A stretch of 64,000 bases of DNA from positions 2,912,001 to 2,976,000 of the forward strand of contig OY762897.2 of assembly GCA_963666515.2 (NCBI GenBank). The letters are read 5' to 3'. This DNA is from Candidatus Binatia bacterium (GTDB taxonomy: Bacteria; Desulfobacterota; Binatia; UBA9968; JAJDTQ01). The translations under genes were made by a program, and so were the position numbers. Shown here piece after piece: positions 9,471 to 22,410 of the stretch. The notes under the pieces are model-generated. The model was not told the origin of the DNA. It saw nothing but the letters and a program-made list of their open reading frames with translations, and searched no databases. Within the stretch, counting starts at the first letter, position 1; each line of letters begins with the position of its first letter.

Positions 9471-10379
9471 TCAATCCTTCTTCCCTCCGCCCTTCTCCGG
9501 GAACGGCCATCCTGCGTCGTAGGGGTAGGTGTAGCGGGGCGGGCGCTTTTCCTTGAATGCGCGCATGCCTTCCTGGCAGTCCTTGGTGCGGGTGATCTCG
9601 AGCACCGACTCCAGCTCCTCGCGGTAGCCTTCGTCGGTGCGGTTCCAGTTCCAGTACATCTTGACCAGCCGCTTGGCGTGGCGCACGGACAGGTAGGGGT
9701 TGGCGGCGATCTTGCCGGCCAAGGCGAAAGCCTCATCCATCAGCTCCTCGTGCGGCACCACCTCGTCCACGAGTCCGATGCGCAGCGCCTCCTGCGCGTC
9801 GATGATCTCGCCGGTGAGGATCAGCCGCATGGCCCGCCCGACGCCCACGAGCTTGGGCAGGTTGCGCGAGCCGCCGCTCTCCGGGACGAACCCCGCGGGC
9901 ACGGCCACCTCGCCGAAGCGCGCACGGTCCGACGCCAGCCGCATGTCGCACAACGTGGTCATCTCCAGCCCCACGCCCACGGCCGGCCCGTTCACCGCGG
10001 CGATGGTGGGCTGCGGCAGGTCTTCGAGCTTGCGCATGGCGCTCTGCAGCACCCGGTGCCGGAGGTCGTTCAGGAAATGCTCCGCCAGCTCCTTGTAGGG
10101 GCCCTCGATGCCGCTGGACCCCTCGAACGCGCCCAGCACGGCGCCCTCGGAGGTGAGGTCGCCGCCGGCGCAGAAGCCGCGTCCCTCGCCCGTGAGGATC
10201 ACCACCTTGAGGACGGAGTTGCGGGCGATCTCGTTGCACAGGGCGTCCAACTCCAGCCGCATCAACGGGTCCACCGCGTTGAGCTGCTCCGGACGGTTGA
10301 GCGTGATCACGCCGATGCAGGGCTCGCCCGGCCGTAGCGGATTGTCGTGCACCTCCCACTTGAGCGTCTTGTAGTCCAT
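9471..10379 (-). CDS. Enoyl-CoA hydratase/isomerase (crotonase family)
   Basis: ITLNRPEQLNAV, GRGFCAGGDL, IAAVNGPAVGVG, GFVPESGG, EGMRAFKEKRPP. Confidence 0.9.
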   Translation of the reverse strand: MDYKTLKWEVHDNPLRPGEPCIGVITLNRPEQLNAVDPLMRLELDALCNEIARNSVLKVVILTGEGRGFCAGGDLTSEGAVLGAFEGSSGIEGPYKELAEHFLNDLRHRVLQSAMRKLEDLPQPTIAAVNGPAVGVGLEMTTLCDMRLASDRARFGEVAVPAGFVPESGGSRNLPKLVGVGRAMRLILTGEIIDAQEALRIGLVDEVVPHEELMDEAFALAGKIAANPYLSVRHAKRLVKMYWNWNRTDEGYREELESVLEITRTKDCQEGMRAFKEKRPPRYTYPYDAGWPFPEKGGGKKD

Positions 10380-10391
10380 GGCGCCTGGTCC

Positions 10392-12071
10392 TCAGTCCTC
10401 GTCCTCGCCGTAGAAGGACTCGTTGGGCAGGATGTCCTTGGTGGAGCGGCGCTGGCGGGCGATCTTCGTGCCGGTCTTCCAGTACTCGCCGCGGGTGGCG
10501 AGGGCCGCCTCCTGCTCCAGCTCCGGGTTCCAGTCCCCCAGCGAGTAGCCGAACCAGGGCGACTGGGGCTCCAGCTCCGGCAGCCCCAGCTCCTCCCAGA
10601 GCTTCCGGCCCCGTTCCATGTACTCCCGGGTGGGGAGCGAGATGGGCGGCAGCTTCTCCTTCAGGGTGGCGTCCCAGAGCAGGCACGAGTCGTCCGCGGA
10701 GCCGCGGGCGTCGTGCCGGGGGGCGTGGCCCACGTCCATGCCGTGCATGATCTGCACGTCCCGGTGCGGCTTGGAGCGGTAGCCCATGGCCCAGAATACG
10801 GCGTCGAGGTTGTCGGGGTCGATGTCCTCGTCCACCGCGATGACGATCTTGGACATGGAGGGGCGGAAGGCCACCGCGCCCATGAGCGCGCGCCACACCT
10901 CCGCGGGACTGGGCTCGCGCATCTGGATCACGGTGAGCTTCTGGGTTGCGGTCAGGGGCTCGTGGAGCATCACCCGCACCACGCTCTTGACCCCGATGCC
11001 GTCCCGCAGGTGTTCCAGGTAGAGGGGCTCGTACGCCATCTTCTTGATGACGCTGGACTCGGACGGCGTCACCTGGCTGATGATGGAGCACAGGACGGCG
11101 TCCCGGCGGCGGGTGATGCAGGTGACCTCCATGAACGGGTTGTACTCCTTGGGGTTGACGTGGCCGTGGGACTCGCCGAACGGCGCCTCGGGCTCCAGCC
11201 ACTCGGTGTCGACGAAGCCCTCGACGATGATCTCCGCGTCCGCCGGCACCATCACCGGAACGGTGCGCGCCTCGGTCACCCGGATGGGCGCCTTCACCAG
11301 GCCGCCGGCCACGGAGAACTCGTCGAGGTCGTAGGCGAGCTTCTGCGCGGCCACGTAGGAGATGGCGGGGACGCCGCCGATGCACAGCGCCACCGGCATC
11401 TTCTCGCCCCGCTCCCGGTACTTGAGCCAGTGCCGGTAGATGCCCTGCCCCAGCTCGATGGACGGGTTGCAGCCGACCCGGTCCCGGGCCTTGATCATGG
11501 CGCGGTAGGTGCCGATGTTGTGCCCGCCGTGGTCGGGATCGCGGGAGACGAAGTGGGCGGCGCTCACGTAGGGCGCGTTGTCCCAGCCGGGGGTGGAGAT
11601 GGGGACCGGGATGCCGTCCATGCCCCGGCCCCGGCTCTTGAGCTGCGCCCCCGAATAGACCACCTCGTGCACCGGCGCGGCCGATGACGGGATCTCCACC
11701 GGCGCCACTGGGTTGGTCTTGGCCTCGGCCCACAGGGCGTTGATGTCGGCGTCCTCGTCGCACCCCAGGCCGATGCGGTAGATGCGCCGGTTGGCCGCCA
11801 GCACCCCGATGGCCACCGGGATGTCGTAGCGCTTTCCCTTGGCGTCCACCGGCTGCTCGAACAGGAACGCCTTGCGGTCCCGTTCCTTGATGCCGCCTCT
11901 GAACTGCCAGCGCACCAGCGGGTGCATGTCCTGATCCTTGTCAACCGGGCGCGCCACCCGGATCAGCAGGCCGGCTTCGTCCAGACGGTGGAGATGTTCG
12001 TGGAGATCCGGATAGCCTCTTTCCGGTATGGCCTGCGCCGCGCTCGTGAGCCTCGGGTTCCTCTTTGCCAT
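10392..12071 (-). CDS. UbiD-family (de)carboxylase
   Basis: GIPVPISTPGWDNAPY, NIGTYR, VPADAEIIVEG, EAPFGESHG, IAVDEDIDP. Start at MAKRNP (12071). Confidence 0.9.
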   Translation of the reverse strand: MAKRNPRLTSAAQAIPERGYPDLHEHLHRLDEAGLLIRVARPVDKDQDMHPLVRWQFRGGIKERDRKAFLFEQPVDAKGKRYDIPVAIGVLAANRRIYRIGLGCDEDADINALWAEAKTNPVAPVEIPSSAAPVHEVVYSGAQLKSRGRGMDGIPVPISTPGWDNAPYVSAAHFVSRDPDHGGHNIGTYRAMIKARDRVGCNPSIELGQGIYRHWLKYRERGEKMPVALCIGGVPAISYVAAQKLAYDLDEFSVAGGLVKAPIRVTEARTVPVMVPADAEIIVEGFVDTEWLEPEAPFGESHGHVNPKEYNPFMEVTCITRRRDAVLCSIISQVTPSESSVIKKMAYEPLYLEHLRDGIGVKSVVRVMLHEPLTATQKLTVIQMREPSPAEVWRALMGAVAFRPSMSKIVIAVDEDIDPDNLDAVFWAMGYRSKPHRDVQIMHGMDVGHAPRHDARGSADDSCLLWDATLKEKLPPISLPTREYMERGRKLWEELGLPELEPQSPWFGYSLGDWNPELEQEAALATRGEYWKTGTKIARQRRSTKDILPNESFYGEDED

Positions 12072-12256
12072 GATGGGTCCTTTTCCGCTGGGAGTGGGGT
12101 CGGTGGAGAGTGTCACTGTATCGTACCGGTGCGGGGCAAGTCCAGGAGATCGGGGCGCGACCGCCGGTCGCCCCTGCAAGGGTGTTGCGTGCCGTTGCGG
12201 GCGCCGCCTCCCTTCGGCTAGACTCCTCCACCGTTCCCCGTAAGGTAACCGGCCCC

Positions 12257-15200
12257 GTGACGTCACTTTCACTCGACGACAGGATCTCGCAACTGCTCGC
12301 CCATGAGTGGCGCGGCGAGAAGCGCATCTCCGGGCTTCAGGGCAGCGCCAAGGCCTACGCCGTCTTCCTCGCGGCCCGGCGGCTCGACTGCCCTCTGGTG
12401 GTGCTGTCGCCCAGCGTCAAGGAGGCGGAGGGCCTTTTCCTCGACCTCTCGTTCTTCCTGGGGGAAGAGGCCGGCGCACCTCCGCTGGAGCGGCGGCTCC
12501 ACCTTTTCCCGGGCTGGGACATCCTGCCGTTCGAGAGCCTGTCTCCGCATCCGGACCAGATGGCGGCGCGCATGGAGGGCCTCCACCGGCTCGCGCAACA
12601 GTCCGCGCCGGTGCTGGTCACCACTCCGGCGGCGGTGATGCAGCGGGTGGTTCCACGGGAAAGCTTCCGCAGCGCGCGCTTCATCGAGGGCCAGGAGGTG
12701 GACCGGGAGCAGCTCCTGTGGCGGCTCGCCGACCTGGGCTTCGCGCGCGCGCCGCTGGTGGAGGAGCGGGGCGACTTCAGCGTGCGCGGCGGCATCGTGG
12801 ACGTCTTCCCTCCGGGCTACGAGCGCCCCGTCCGCATGGAGTTCGCCGACGACCGCATCGATTCCCTCCGCGAGTTCGATCCCCGCACCCAGCGCTCCCG
12901 GTCACGGCACGGAGAGCTGTTGCTGCTGCCCATGAAGGAGTTCGCCTCGGGGCCGCAAACCAGCCGGGACACCGTGCTCCGCATCGAGGAGCGGGCGGAC
13001 GAGCTGGGCTTCACCCGCAAGGACAAGCGGGCGCTGCTGGAGTCGGTGCGCGAGGGAGTCCGTTTTGCCGGCATGGAGTTCCTGGCGCCCTACTTCCACG
13101 ACCGCCCGCTACCGTCGCTCCTGGACCACCTGCCGCGGCGCGGCATCGTCTGGTGCGATCAGCCGTCGCGGGTGGAGGAGGAGTTGGAACGGTTCGAGAA
13201 GCTGGTGGCGCAGAGGGCGTCCAAGGCCGCGGCGGATGGCCGCTTCCATCCCCGCACCGAGGACCTGTACCTGGACCCGGACGGCTGGCGCGAGGAGGCC
13301 GCCGCCTTCCGGCAGATCCACAGCGAGAGCCTCGACGTGCTCGCGTCCCCGGACGACGCCTCGTCGACGCTCTCGGTGCGCTCCTACACCAACGCCGACC
13401 TGCACACCGAGCTGACCACGCAGCAGGGATCGGAACGCTCGCTGGCGCCGCTGGTGGAGCACCTGGACCGGTGGCGCGATCAGCGGGTGCTGTTCGTAGG
13501 CGGGCATCCGGGCGACGCCCAGCGGCTGCAACAGCTTCTGGCCTACTACGAGGTGGACCTGCCGGTCTCGGAGCGCCCCTTCCAGGAGGTCGCGGGCGAA
13601 CCCGCCAACGGCCCCCGGATCCTGCTGGGCGGCCTGACCCAGGGCGTGCGTATCCCCGACGAAAGGCTGATCATCATCACCCTGGAGGAGTTGTGGGGGC
13701 GCCGCAAGCGGGACCGTTCCATCCGCAAGCGGGAGACCCCGAGCCGCTTCATCACCAGCCTGAGCGAGCTGCGGCAGGACGACGTGGTGGTGCACCTCGA
13801 CCAGGGCATCGGCATCTACCGGGGGCTCAAGCACCTCAAGGTGGCGGGCGTCGAAGGCGAGTTCCTGCACCTGGAGTACCAGGGAGGCGACCGCCTCTAC
13901 CTGCCCATCGACCGCATCAACCTGGTGCAGAAGTTCATCGGCGCGGACGGCGCCGCCCCGGTGCTGGACCGGCTGGGCGGGACCTCCTGGCTCAAGCTCA
14001 AGGCGCGGACGCGCAAGTCCATCGTGGCCATGGCCAAGGAGCTGCTGCGGGTCTACGCCGCGCGGGAACTGCACGAAGGCCACGACTTCCCTCCCCCGGA
14101 CCAGGCGTACCGGGAGTTCGAGGCCGCCTTCGAGTACGAGGAGACGCCGGACCAGGAGCGGGCCATCTCCGACACCCTCCAGGACATGACCGGGAGCAAG
14201 CCCATGGACCGGCTCATCTGCGGCGACGTGGGCTACGGCAAGACCGAGGTGGCCATGCGCGCGGCCTTCATGGCGGTGATGGACGGCCGGCAGGTGGCCG
14301 TGCTCGCCCCCACCACCATCCTGGCGCAGCAGCACCTGGAGACCTTCCGCAGCCGCTTCGAGCCCTACCCGGTGCGGGTGGAGAGCCTCAGCCGCTTCGT
14401 CACCGGCAAGACCGTGCAGGAGTCCCTCAGGGACCTCGCCGGCGGGCTCATCGACATCGTCATCGGCACCCACCGCCTGCTCCAGAGCGACGTGGCCTTC
14501 AAGAACCTGGGACTGGTGGTGGTCGACGAGGAACACCGCTTCGGCGTCGGTCACAAGGAGAAGCTCAAGAAGCTCCGCACCAGCGTGGACGTCATGAGCC
14601 TCACCGCCACGCCCATTCCCAGGACCCTGCACATGTCGCTGGTGGGCATCCGCGACCTGAGCGTGATCGAGACCCCGCCGCCCAACCGGCTCGCGGTGAG
14701 GACCTACGTGACGCGATACGACGAGGGCACGATCCGCGACGCCATCCTGCGGGAGATCAACCGCGAGGGGCAGGTGTTCTTCCTGCACAACCGGGTGGAG
14801 AGCATTCAGCGCGTCGGGCAGAAGATCATGGACCTGGTGCCCGAGGCGCGGGTCACCGTGGCCCACGGGCAGATGCCGCCCGCGGAGCTCAAGAAGAACA
14901 TGGGCCTGTTCCAGGAGAACGAGGCCCAGGTGCTGGTGTGCTCCGCCATCATCGAATCGGGCCTGGACTACCCCAACGCCAACACCATCATCATCAACCG
15001 CGCGGACCGGTTCGGCCTCGCCCAGCTCTACCAGTTGCGCGGCCGGGTGGGCCGCTCGTCCCGCCGCGCCTACGCCTACCTGCTGCTGCCCGGCAGCGGC
15101 ACGGTGACCAAGGACGCGGAGAAGCGGCTGCGGGCGCTGCAGGAACTGGACGAGTTGGGCAGCGGCTTCAAGCTGGCGCTGCACGACCTGGAGATCCGCG

Positions 15201-15775
15201 GCGCCGGCAACCTGCTGGGGCGCGAGCAGTCGGGCCAGATCGCCGCGGTGGGCTTCGAGCTGTACACCCAGATGATGGAGGAGACCATCCACGAGCTGAA
15301 GGGGGAGGAGCGCCGGGTCAGCGTGGAGCCGGAGATACGCCTGGGCATCCCCGCCTACTTCCCGGACGACTACATCCCCAGCGCCAACCAGCGCCTGCTG
15401 TTCTACAAGCGGCTGGCCAACCTGGAGGACGCGGACCAGTTGGCGGAGATCCGCGACGAGGTCCGCGACCGTTACGGGAGTTGCCCGGAGGTGGTGGAGA
15501 ATCTGTTCAGGGTGATGGAGTTGAGGCGCGCCCTCATCCACGCGCTGGCGACCCAGGTCATCTACCAGGACGGCCGCCTGTCGATGACGTTCCACGCCGA
15601 CGCCCTCCTGAACGTGGACCGGCTGCTCAAGCTCGCGGCGGAGGATCACCGGCGGTTCCAGTTCTCGCCCCAGGGACGCCTGTCGTTCACTCCGGACCAT
15701 GCGGACTGGCCCGCGCTCATCGGCGAGGCCTGCGAGTTATTGCAGGCCGTCTGTCAGGAAGGTATGGTGACGTGA
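12257..15775 (+). CDS. mfd: Transcription-repair coupling factor
   Basis: GDFSVRGGIVD, ICGDVGYGKTEVA, DEEHRFG, QLYQLRGRVGR, DLEIRGAGNLLG. Start approximate (GTG at 12257). Confidence 0.96.
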   Translation: MTSLSLDDRISQLLAHEWRGEKRISGLQGSAKAYAVFLAARRLDCPLVVLSPSVKEAEGLFLDLSFFLGEEAGAPPLERRLHLFPGWDILPFESLSPHPDQMAARMEGLHRLAQQSAPVLVTTPAAVMQRVVPRESFRSARFIEGQEVDREQLLWRLADLGFARAPLVEERGDFSVRGGIVDVFPPGYERPVRMEFADDRIDSLREFDPRTQRSRSRHGELLLLPMKEFASGPQTSRDTVLRIEERADELGFTRKDKRALLESVREGVRFAGMEFLAPYFHDRPLPSLLDHLPRRGIVWCDQPSRVEEELERFEKLVAQRASKAAADGRFHPRTEDLYLDPDGWREEAAAFRQIHSESLDVLASPDDASSTLSVRSYTNADLHTELTTQQGSERSLAPLVEHLDRWRDQRVLFVGGHPGDAQRLQQLLAYYEVDLPVSERPFQEVAGEPANGPRILLGGLTQGVRIPDERLIIITLEELWGRRKRDRSIRKRETPSRFITSLSELRQDDVVVHLDQGIGIYRGLKHLKVAGVEGEFLHLEYQGGDRLYLPIDRINLVQKFIGADGAAPVLDRLGGTSWLKLKARTRKSIVAMAKELLRVYAARELHEGHDFPPPDQAYREFEAAFEYEETPDQERAISDTLQDMTGSKPMDRLICGDVGYGKTEVAMRAAFMAVMDGRQVAVLAPTTILAQQHLETFRSRFEPYPVRVESLSRFVTGKTVQESLRDLAGGLIDIVIGTHRLLQSDVAFKNLGLVVVDEEHRFGVGHKEKLKKLRTSVDVMSLTATPIPRTLHMSLVGIRDLSVIETPPPNRLAVRTYVTRYDEGTIRDAILREINREGQVFFLHNRVESIQRVGQKIMDLVPEARVTVAHGQMPPAELKKNMGLFQENEAQVLVCSAIIESGLDYPNANTIIINRADRFGLAQLYQLRGRVGRSSRRAYAYLLLPGSGTVTKDAEKRLRALQELDELGSGFKLALHDLEIRGAGNLLGREQSGQIAAVGFELYTQMMEETIHELKGEERRVSVEPEIRLGIPAYFPDDYIPSANQRLLFYKRLANLEDADQLAEIRDEVRDRYGSCPEVVENLFRVMELRRALIHALATQVIYQDGRLSMTFHADALLNVDRLLKLAAEDHRRFQFSPQGRLSFTPDHADWPALIGEACELLQAVCQEGMVT

Positions 15776-17088
15776 TGCCGTTCATCGCAAATACCCGTGC
15801 ACGGGCCGGTCTGAAAACCGCCGGTATCGGGCTGCGCGGCGCGTGCGCCGCGGCCTTCCTCGCCTTGCTCGTGACGTGCCCCGGCGGCGCGGCCGCGAGC
15901 CTGGTCGAAAAGATCGTCGTGGTGGTCAACGGCGACCCACACACGTTCTCGGACCTGAGAGAATTCTCCCGCACCCAGTTGAGGCGGGACGTCGAGATCG
16001 ACGAGTTGACCGCCGGGCGCGTGCCCAAGGAGGTGGTGGAGGACTTCATCACCCGCGAGCTGATCAGGGCCGAGGTCAGGAACACGGGGATCCGCGTGGG
16101 CGACGCCGACATCGACCGGTACATCCAGTCCGTCAGGGAACGGAACGACCTGACCCCCGCGCAGTTCGACGCGCTGTTGAAGCGGGACGGCAAGACCATG
16201 AGCCAATACCGCGAAGAGGTCCGAGCCCGGATCGAGCAGGACGAGCTGATCCAGCGCAACGTCAGGCGAAGGGTCCACATCACGCTCCAGGACGCGCAGC
16301 GCTACTACGACGCCAACCCCCACCTGTACCGGACCGAGCTGAAGGTGCGGCTCCGCCACCTCATGCTGGCCCTCGACGAGGGCGCCTCCTCCGAGCAGGA
16401 GCAGTCGGTGCTGGCGCGCATCGGGGACTTGCGCCGGCAGGTCGTGGACGGGGCGGACTTCGCCGCGCTGGCGCGGACCCACTCACAGGGCGCGGGCGCG
16501 AGCGAAGGCGGCGACATCGGCTGGGTCGAACCCGAGAGCCTTCCCGATTCCCTCGCGCGGGTGGCCGCCGCCCTGGAGAAGGGAGAGATCAGCGAGCCGG
16601 TGCGCACGAGCCTGGGATACCATCTGGTCCGGGCGGAGGACCGGCAGGGCGGGGAGCGCCTGGGGTTCGCCGCGGTTTCGGAAAAGGCGCGCGACGAGCT
16701 TTACAACAAGACGCTCCAGGAAAGATTCGCCAAGTGGCTCAAGACCGACCTGCGCAAGAAGCACCGCGTGGAGGTCAAGCTGGACGGGTACGCCTTCGAG
16801 GCGCAGAAGGCCGAGAGGGGCACGGTCGGCAGCCTGGTGGCCTCGGCCACCGCGGGCGAAGAAGAAAGGGGCTTCTGGGACTACCTCAACCCGGTGACCT
16901 ACATCTATGACGAAGAAGTGATACGGGACACGTCGGGGGTGGTCGGCGACCGCAAGCGCATCAAGCTGTTCGGGATACCGTTGTTCACCACCGAAGCCGG
17001 CGACGATGACGACGTGCCCCTGGATCAACCTTTCGAACGCGGCGCAGCCGCACCCGCGGAAGGCGGCGGCTCCGCCGCCTCGCCGTAG
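15775..17088 (+). CDS. surA: SurA-like periplasmic chaperone/PPIase
   Basis: Signal-like N-terminus, VEKIVVVVNGD, parvulin motifs FAALARTHS...GGDIGW...ISEPVRTSLGYHL. ATG overlaps the mfd stop; precedes pdxA. Confidence 0.85.
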   Translation: MPFIANTRARAGLKTAGIGLRGACAAAFLALLVTCPGGAAASLVEKIVVVVNGDPHTFSDLREFSRTQLRRDVEIDELTAGRVPKEVVEDFITRELIRAEVRNTGIRVGDADIDRYIQSVRERNDLTPAQFDALLKRDGKTMSQYREEVRARIEQDELIQRNVRRRVHITLQDAQRYYDANPHLYRTELKVRLRHLMLALDEGASSEQEQSVLARIGDLRRQVVDGADFAALARTHSQGAGASEGGDIGWVEPESLPDSLARVAAALEKGEISEPVRTSLGYHLVRAEDRQGGERLGFAAVSEKARDELYNKTLQERFAKWLKTDLRKKHRVEVKLDGYAFEAQKAERGTVGSLVASATAGEEERGFWDYLNPVTYIYDEEVIRDTSGVVGDRKRIKLFGIPLFTTEAGDDDDVPLDQPFERGAAAPAEGGGSAASP

Positions 17089-17156
17089 AGAATCCGCTCG
17101 GGACACTCGTCTCCTGTCCCGCATCCGGCGGCGCCGGCCTCATCCCTGTTGTTGCC

Positions 17157-18145
17157 ATGTCCAAACCCGTCGTGGCCGTAACCATGGGCGATCCCTCGGG
17201 CATCGGACCCGAGGTGGTGATCAAGGCCGCCCGGGACGCCGCGGTGCGGCGCGCCTGCCGCGTGGTGATCGTAGGCGACGCCGGGCTGCTCGAGCAGGCG
17301 CATGCGCCCCGATGGCCGAGCGGGGAGACCGGCGCCGCGGCCCGTGACGACGCTCCCGTACGGGTGGAATCCGTCACGCGGCTCAAGCCCGCGGCCGCCC
17401 GCCCCGGGCGCCCCACGCGAAACGGCGGCGACGCCTCCTACCGTTACATCCTGCGCGCGGTGGACCTCATCGGCGCCGGCGCAGCCGACGCCATGGCCAC
17501 CGCGCCCATCAGCAAGAAGGCATTGAACGGCGCCGGCCACGCCTGGCCCGGGCACACCGAGCTGCTGGCCGACCTCACGCGCACGCGGGAAGTCCGCATG
17601 ATGCTGTACGGGCCGCGCCTCAAGGTGGTCCTGGTCACGGTGCACCTGCCCCTGACGGAAGTGGCCGCGGCGTTGAGCCGCAAGCGGGTGCGCGCCACCA
17701 TCGCGCTGACCCACCGTTCGCTGCAGCAGTGGTTCGGCCTGGCGGAGCCGCGGCTGGCGGTGGCCGCCCTGAACCCCCACGGGGGTGAAGACGGCATGTT
17801 CGGGCAGGAGGAACGCACGGTGATCCGGCCCGCGGTGCGCGACTGCTCGGGCCGGGGCATGCGCGTCTCAGGCCCGGTCCCCGCGGACAGCCTGTTCCAC
17901 CGCGCCGCCGGCGGCGCATACGACGCCGTCATCTGCATGTATCACGACCAAGGGCTCGGCCCCTTCAAGCTGTTGCACTTCACGGACGGCGTCAACCTGA
18001 CCCTGGGTCTGCCGCTGGTCAGGACCTCGGTGGACCACGGGACCGCCTACGACATCGCCGGCAAGGGCGTGGCCGACGCCCGCAGCATGAAGCAGGCGAT
18101 CCTGCTGGCGGCGAAGCTGGCGCAGCGGCGGCCGAGGCCCGCGCC

Positions 18146-18149
<4 letters not shown>
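17157..18149 (+). CDS. pdxA: 4-hydroxythreonine-4-phosphate dehydrogenase
   Basis: [46 protein letters not shown]. Confidence 0.95.
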
Positions 18150-20731
<2,582 letters not shown>

Positions 20732-20759
20732 CATCCACGAGGCTTAGGGCCTAAATGAA

Positions 20760-21992
20760 ATGGTTTTTCGGAGGTATGGTTTCTTGAAGCTCCCCGTATA
20801 TTTCGACAATCACGCCACCACTCCCGTGGACCCGCGGGTGGTGGAGGCGATGCTGCCGTTCTTCACCGAGCGGTTCGGGAATTCGGCCAGCAAGCACGCG
20901 TTCGGCTGGGAAGCGGAAGCCGCGGTGCACCAGGCGCGGAAGGACGTCGGCAGCCTGATCGGCGCGGCTCCCAAGGAGATCGTCTTCACCAGCGGGGCGA
21001 CGGAGTCGGACAACTTGGCCATAAAAGGAGTGGCGGAGCTGTACCGGGACCGGGGCGACCACATCATCACCTGCGCGGCCGAGCACAAGGCGGTGCTGGA
21101 CTGCTGCAAGTTCCTGGAGCGGCACGGCTACCGGGTCACCTACCTGCCGGTGGACGCCTGCGGCGCGGTGGACCTGGAGAGGCTGCGCGCCGCCATCGAC
21201 GACAGGACGCTGCTCATTTCCATCATGCTGGCGAACAACGAAGTGGGCACCATCCAGCCGCTGGCGGAGATCGGGCGCATCGCCGAGGAGCGGGGCGTCC
21301 TGTTCCACACCGACGCCACCCAGGCGGTAGGAAAGATGCCCATCGACGTGGCCGGGTGGGGAGTCCACCTGCTGTCGATGACCGCCCACAAGCTGCACGG
21401 ACCCAAGGGCATCGGCGCGCTCTACGTGAGCGCGAGGAAACCGGCGGCGAAGCTCAGCCCGACCATCCACGGCGGAGGCCACGAGGGGGGCATGCGCTCG
21501 GGCACCCTGAACGTTCCCGGCATCGTGGGGTTCGGCAAGGCCTGCGCCATCGCCCGGGAGGAGATGGCGACGGAACTGCCGCACGTCACCCGGCTGCGCG
21601 ACCGGCTGGAGACGGGCCTGTTCTCGCGCCTCGACGAGCTGCACCTGAACGGCCATCCCACGGAGCGCCTGTGCGGCAACCTCAACGTGGCCTTCGGCTA
21701 CGTGGAAGGCGAATCGCTGATCATGGGCCTCAACGACGTGGCGGTGTCGTCCGGCTCCACCTGCACTTCCGCGGCGCTGGAGCCTTCCCACGTGCTCAAG
21801 GCCATGGGGGTGAGGGAGGACCTGGCCCACGGCTCCATCCGGTTCGGCCTGGGCCGGTTCAATACCGAGGAGGAAGTGGACTACGTGGTGGACCGGGTGA
21901 CGGAGGAGGTCAACCGGCTGCGCGGCCTTTCGCCGCTCTACGCCAAGCGGTCGGGAGAGGGAAGAGCGGCGCAGGCGGCCGCGGGGAAATAG
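20760..21992 (+). CDS. iscS: Cysteine desulfurase IscS
   Basis: [36 protein letters not shown]; exact start uncertain. Confidence 0.92.
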   Translation: MVFRRYGFLKLPVYFDNHATTPVDPRVVEAMLPFFTERFGNSASKHAFGWEAEAAVHQARKDVGSLIGAAPKEIVFTSGATESDNLAIKGVAELYRDRGDHIITCAAEHKAVLDCCKFLERHGYRVTYLPVDACGAVDLERLRAAIDDRTLLISIMLANNEVGTIQPLAEIGRIAEERGVLFHTDATQAVGKMPIDVAGWGVHLLSMTAHKLHGPKGIGALYVSARKPAAKLSPTIHGGGHEGGMRSGTLNVPGIVGFGKACAIAREEMATELPHVTRLRDRLETGLFSRLDELHLNGHPTERLCGNLNVAFGYVEGESLIMGLNDVAVSSGSTCTSAALEPSHVLKAMGVREDLAHGSIRFGLGRFNTEEEVDYVVDRVTEEVNRLRGLSPLYAKRSGEGRAAQAAAGK

Positions 21993-22047
21993 CGGGCCGC
22001 ACCGGCGAGACCGCCCGACAAGTACACCGGGAACACGGGGATACGGA

Positions 22048-22377
22048 ATGGCGACAGGGGTCCAGATAACGGAGCAGGCGGCCAACCGGATCAGGGAGCT
22101 GCTCGACGAGGACGAGAGGGACCTGACCGGTCTGCGCCTCAAGGTGGTGGGCGGCGGCTGTTCCGGGTTGCAGTACAAGATGGACCTCGACGACCCGAAG
22201 CCCACCGACCGGGTGTTCGAGCAGGCCGGGGCCAAGGTGATCGTGGACCTGAAGAGCCTGCTCTACCTGGGGGGCACGGAGTTGGACTACAGGGAGACCC
22301 TCATGGAGGCGGCCTTCGTGTTCCAGAACCCCAACGTAAAGCGAAGCTGCGGCTGCGGCGCCTCGTTCGTGGTCTGA
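22048..22377 (+). CDS. iscA: A-type Fe-S carrier (IscA/ErpA/HesB)
   Basis: GGGCSGLQY and CGCGASF motifs. Confidence 0.92.
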   Translation: MATGVQITEQAANRIRELLDEDERDLTGLRLKVVGGGCSGLQYKMDLDDPKPTDRVFEQAGAKVIVDLKSLLYLGGTELDYRETLMEAAFVFQNPNVKRSCGCGASFVV

Positions 22378-22410
22378 GACTCCGGCGGCCGGCAAAGGAC
22401 CCGCAGGTTC

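Noticed and set aside
12307-15774. 1593-aa ORF 12307-17088 as one giant protein
   Set aside because: The first ~1150 codons are an Arg/Pro/Gly-rich shadow frame over mfd; only the part from ATG 15775 is SurA-like.
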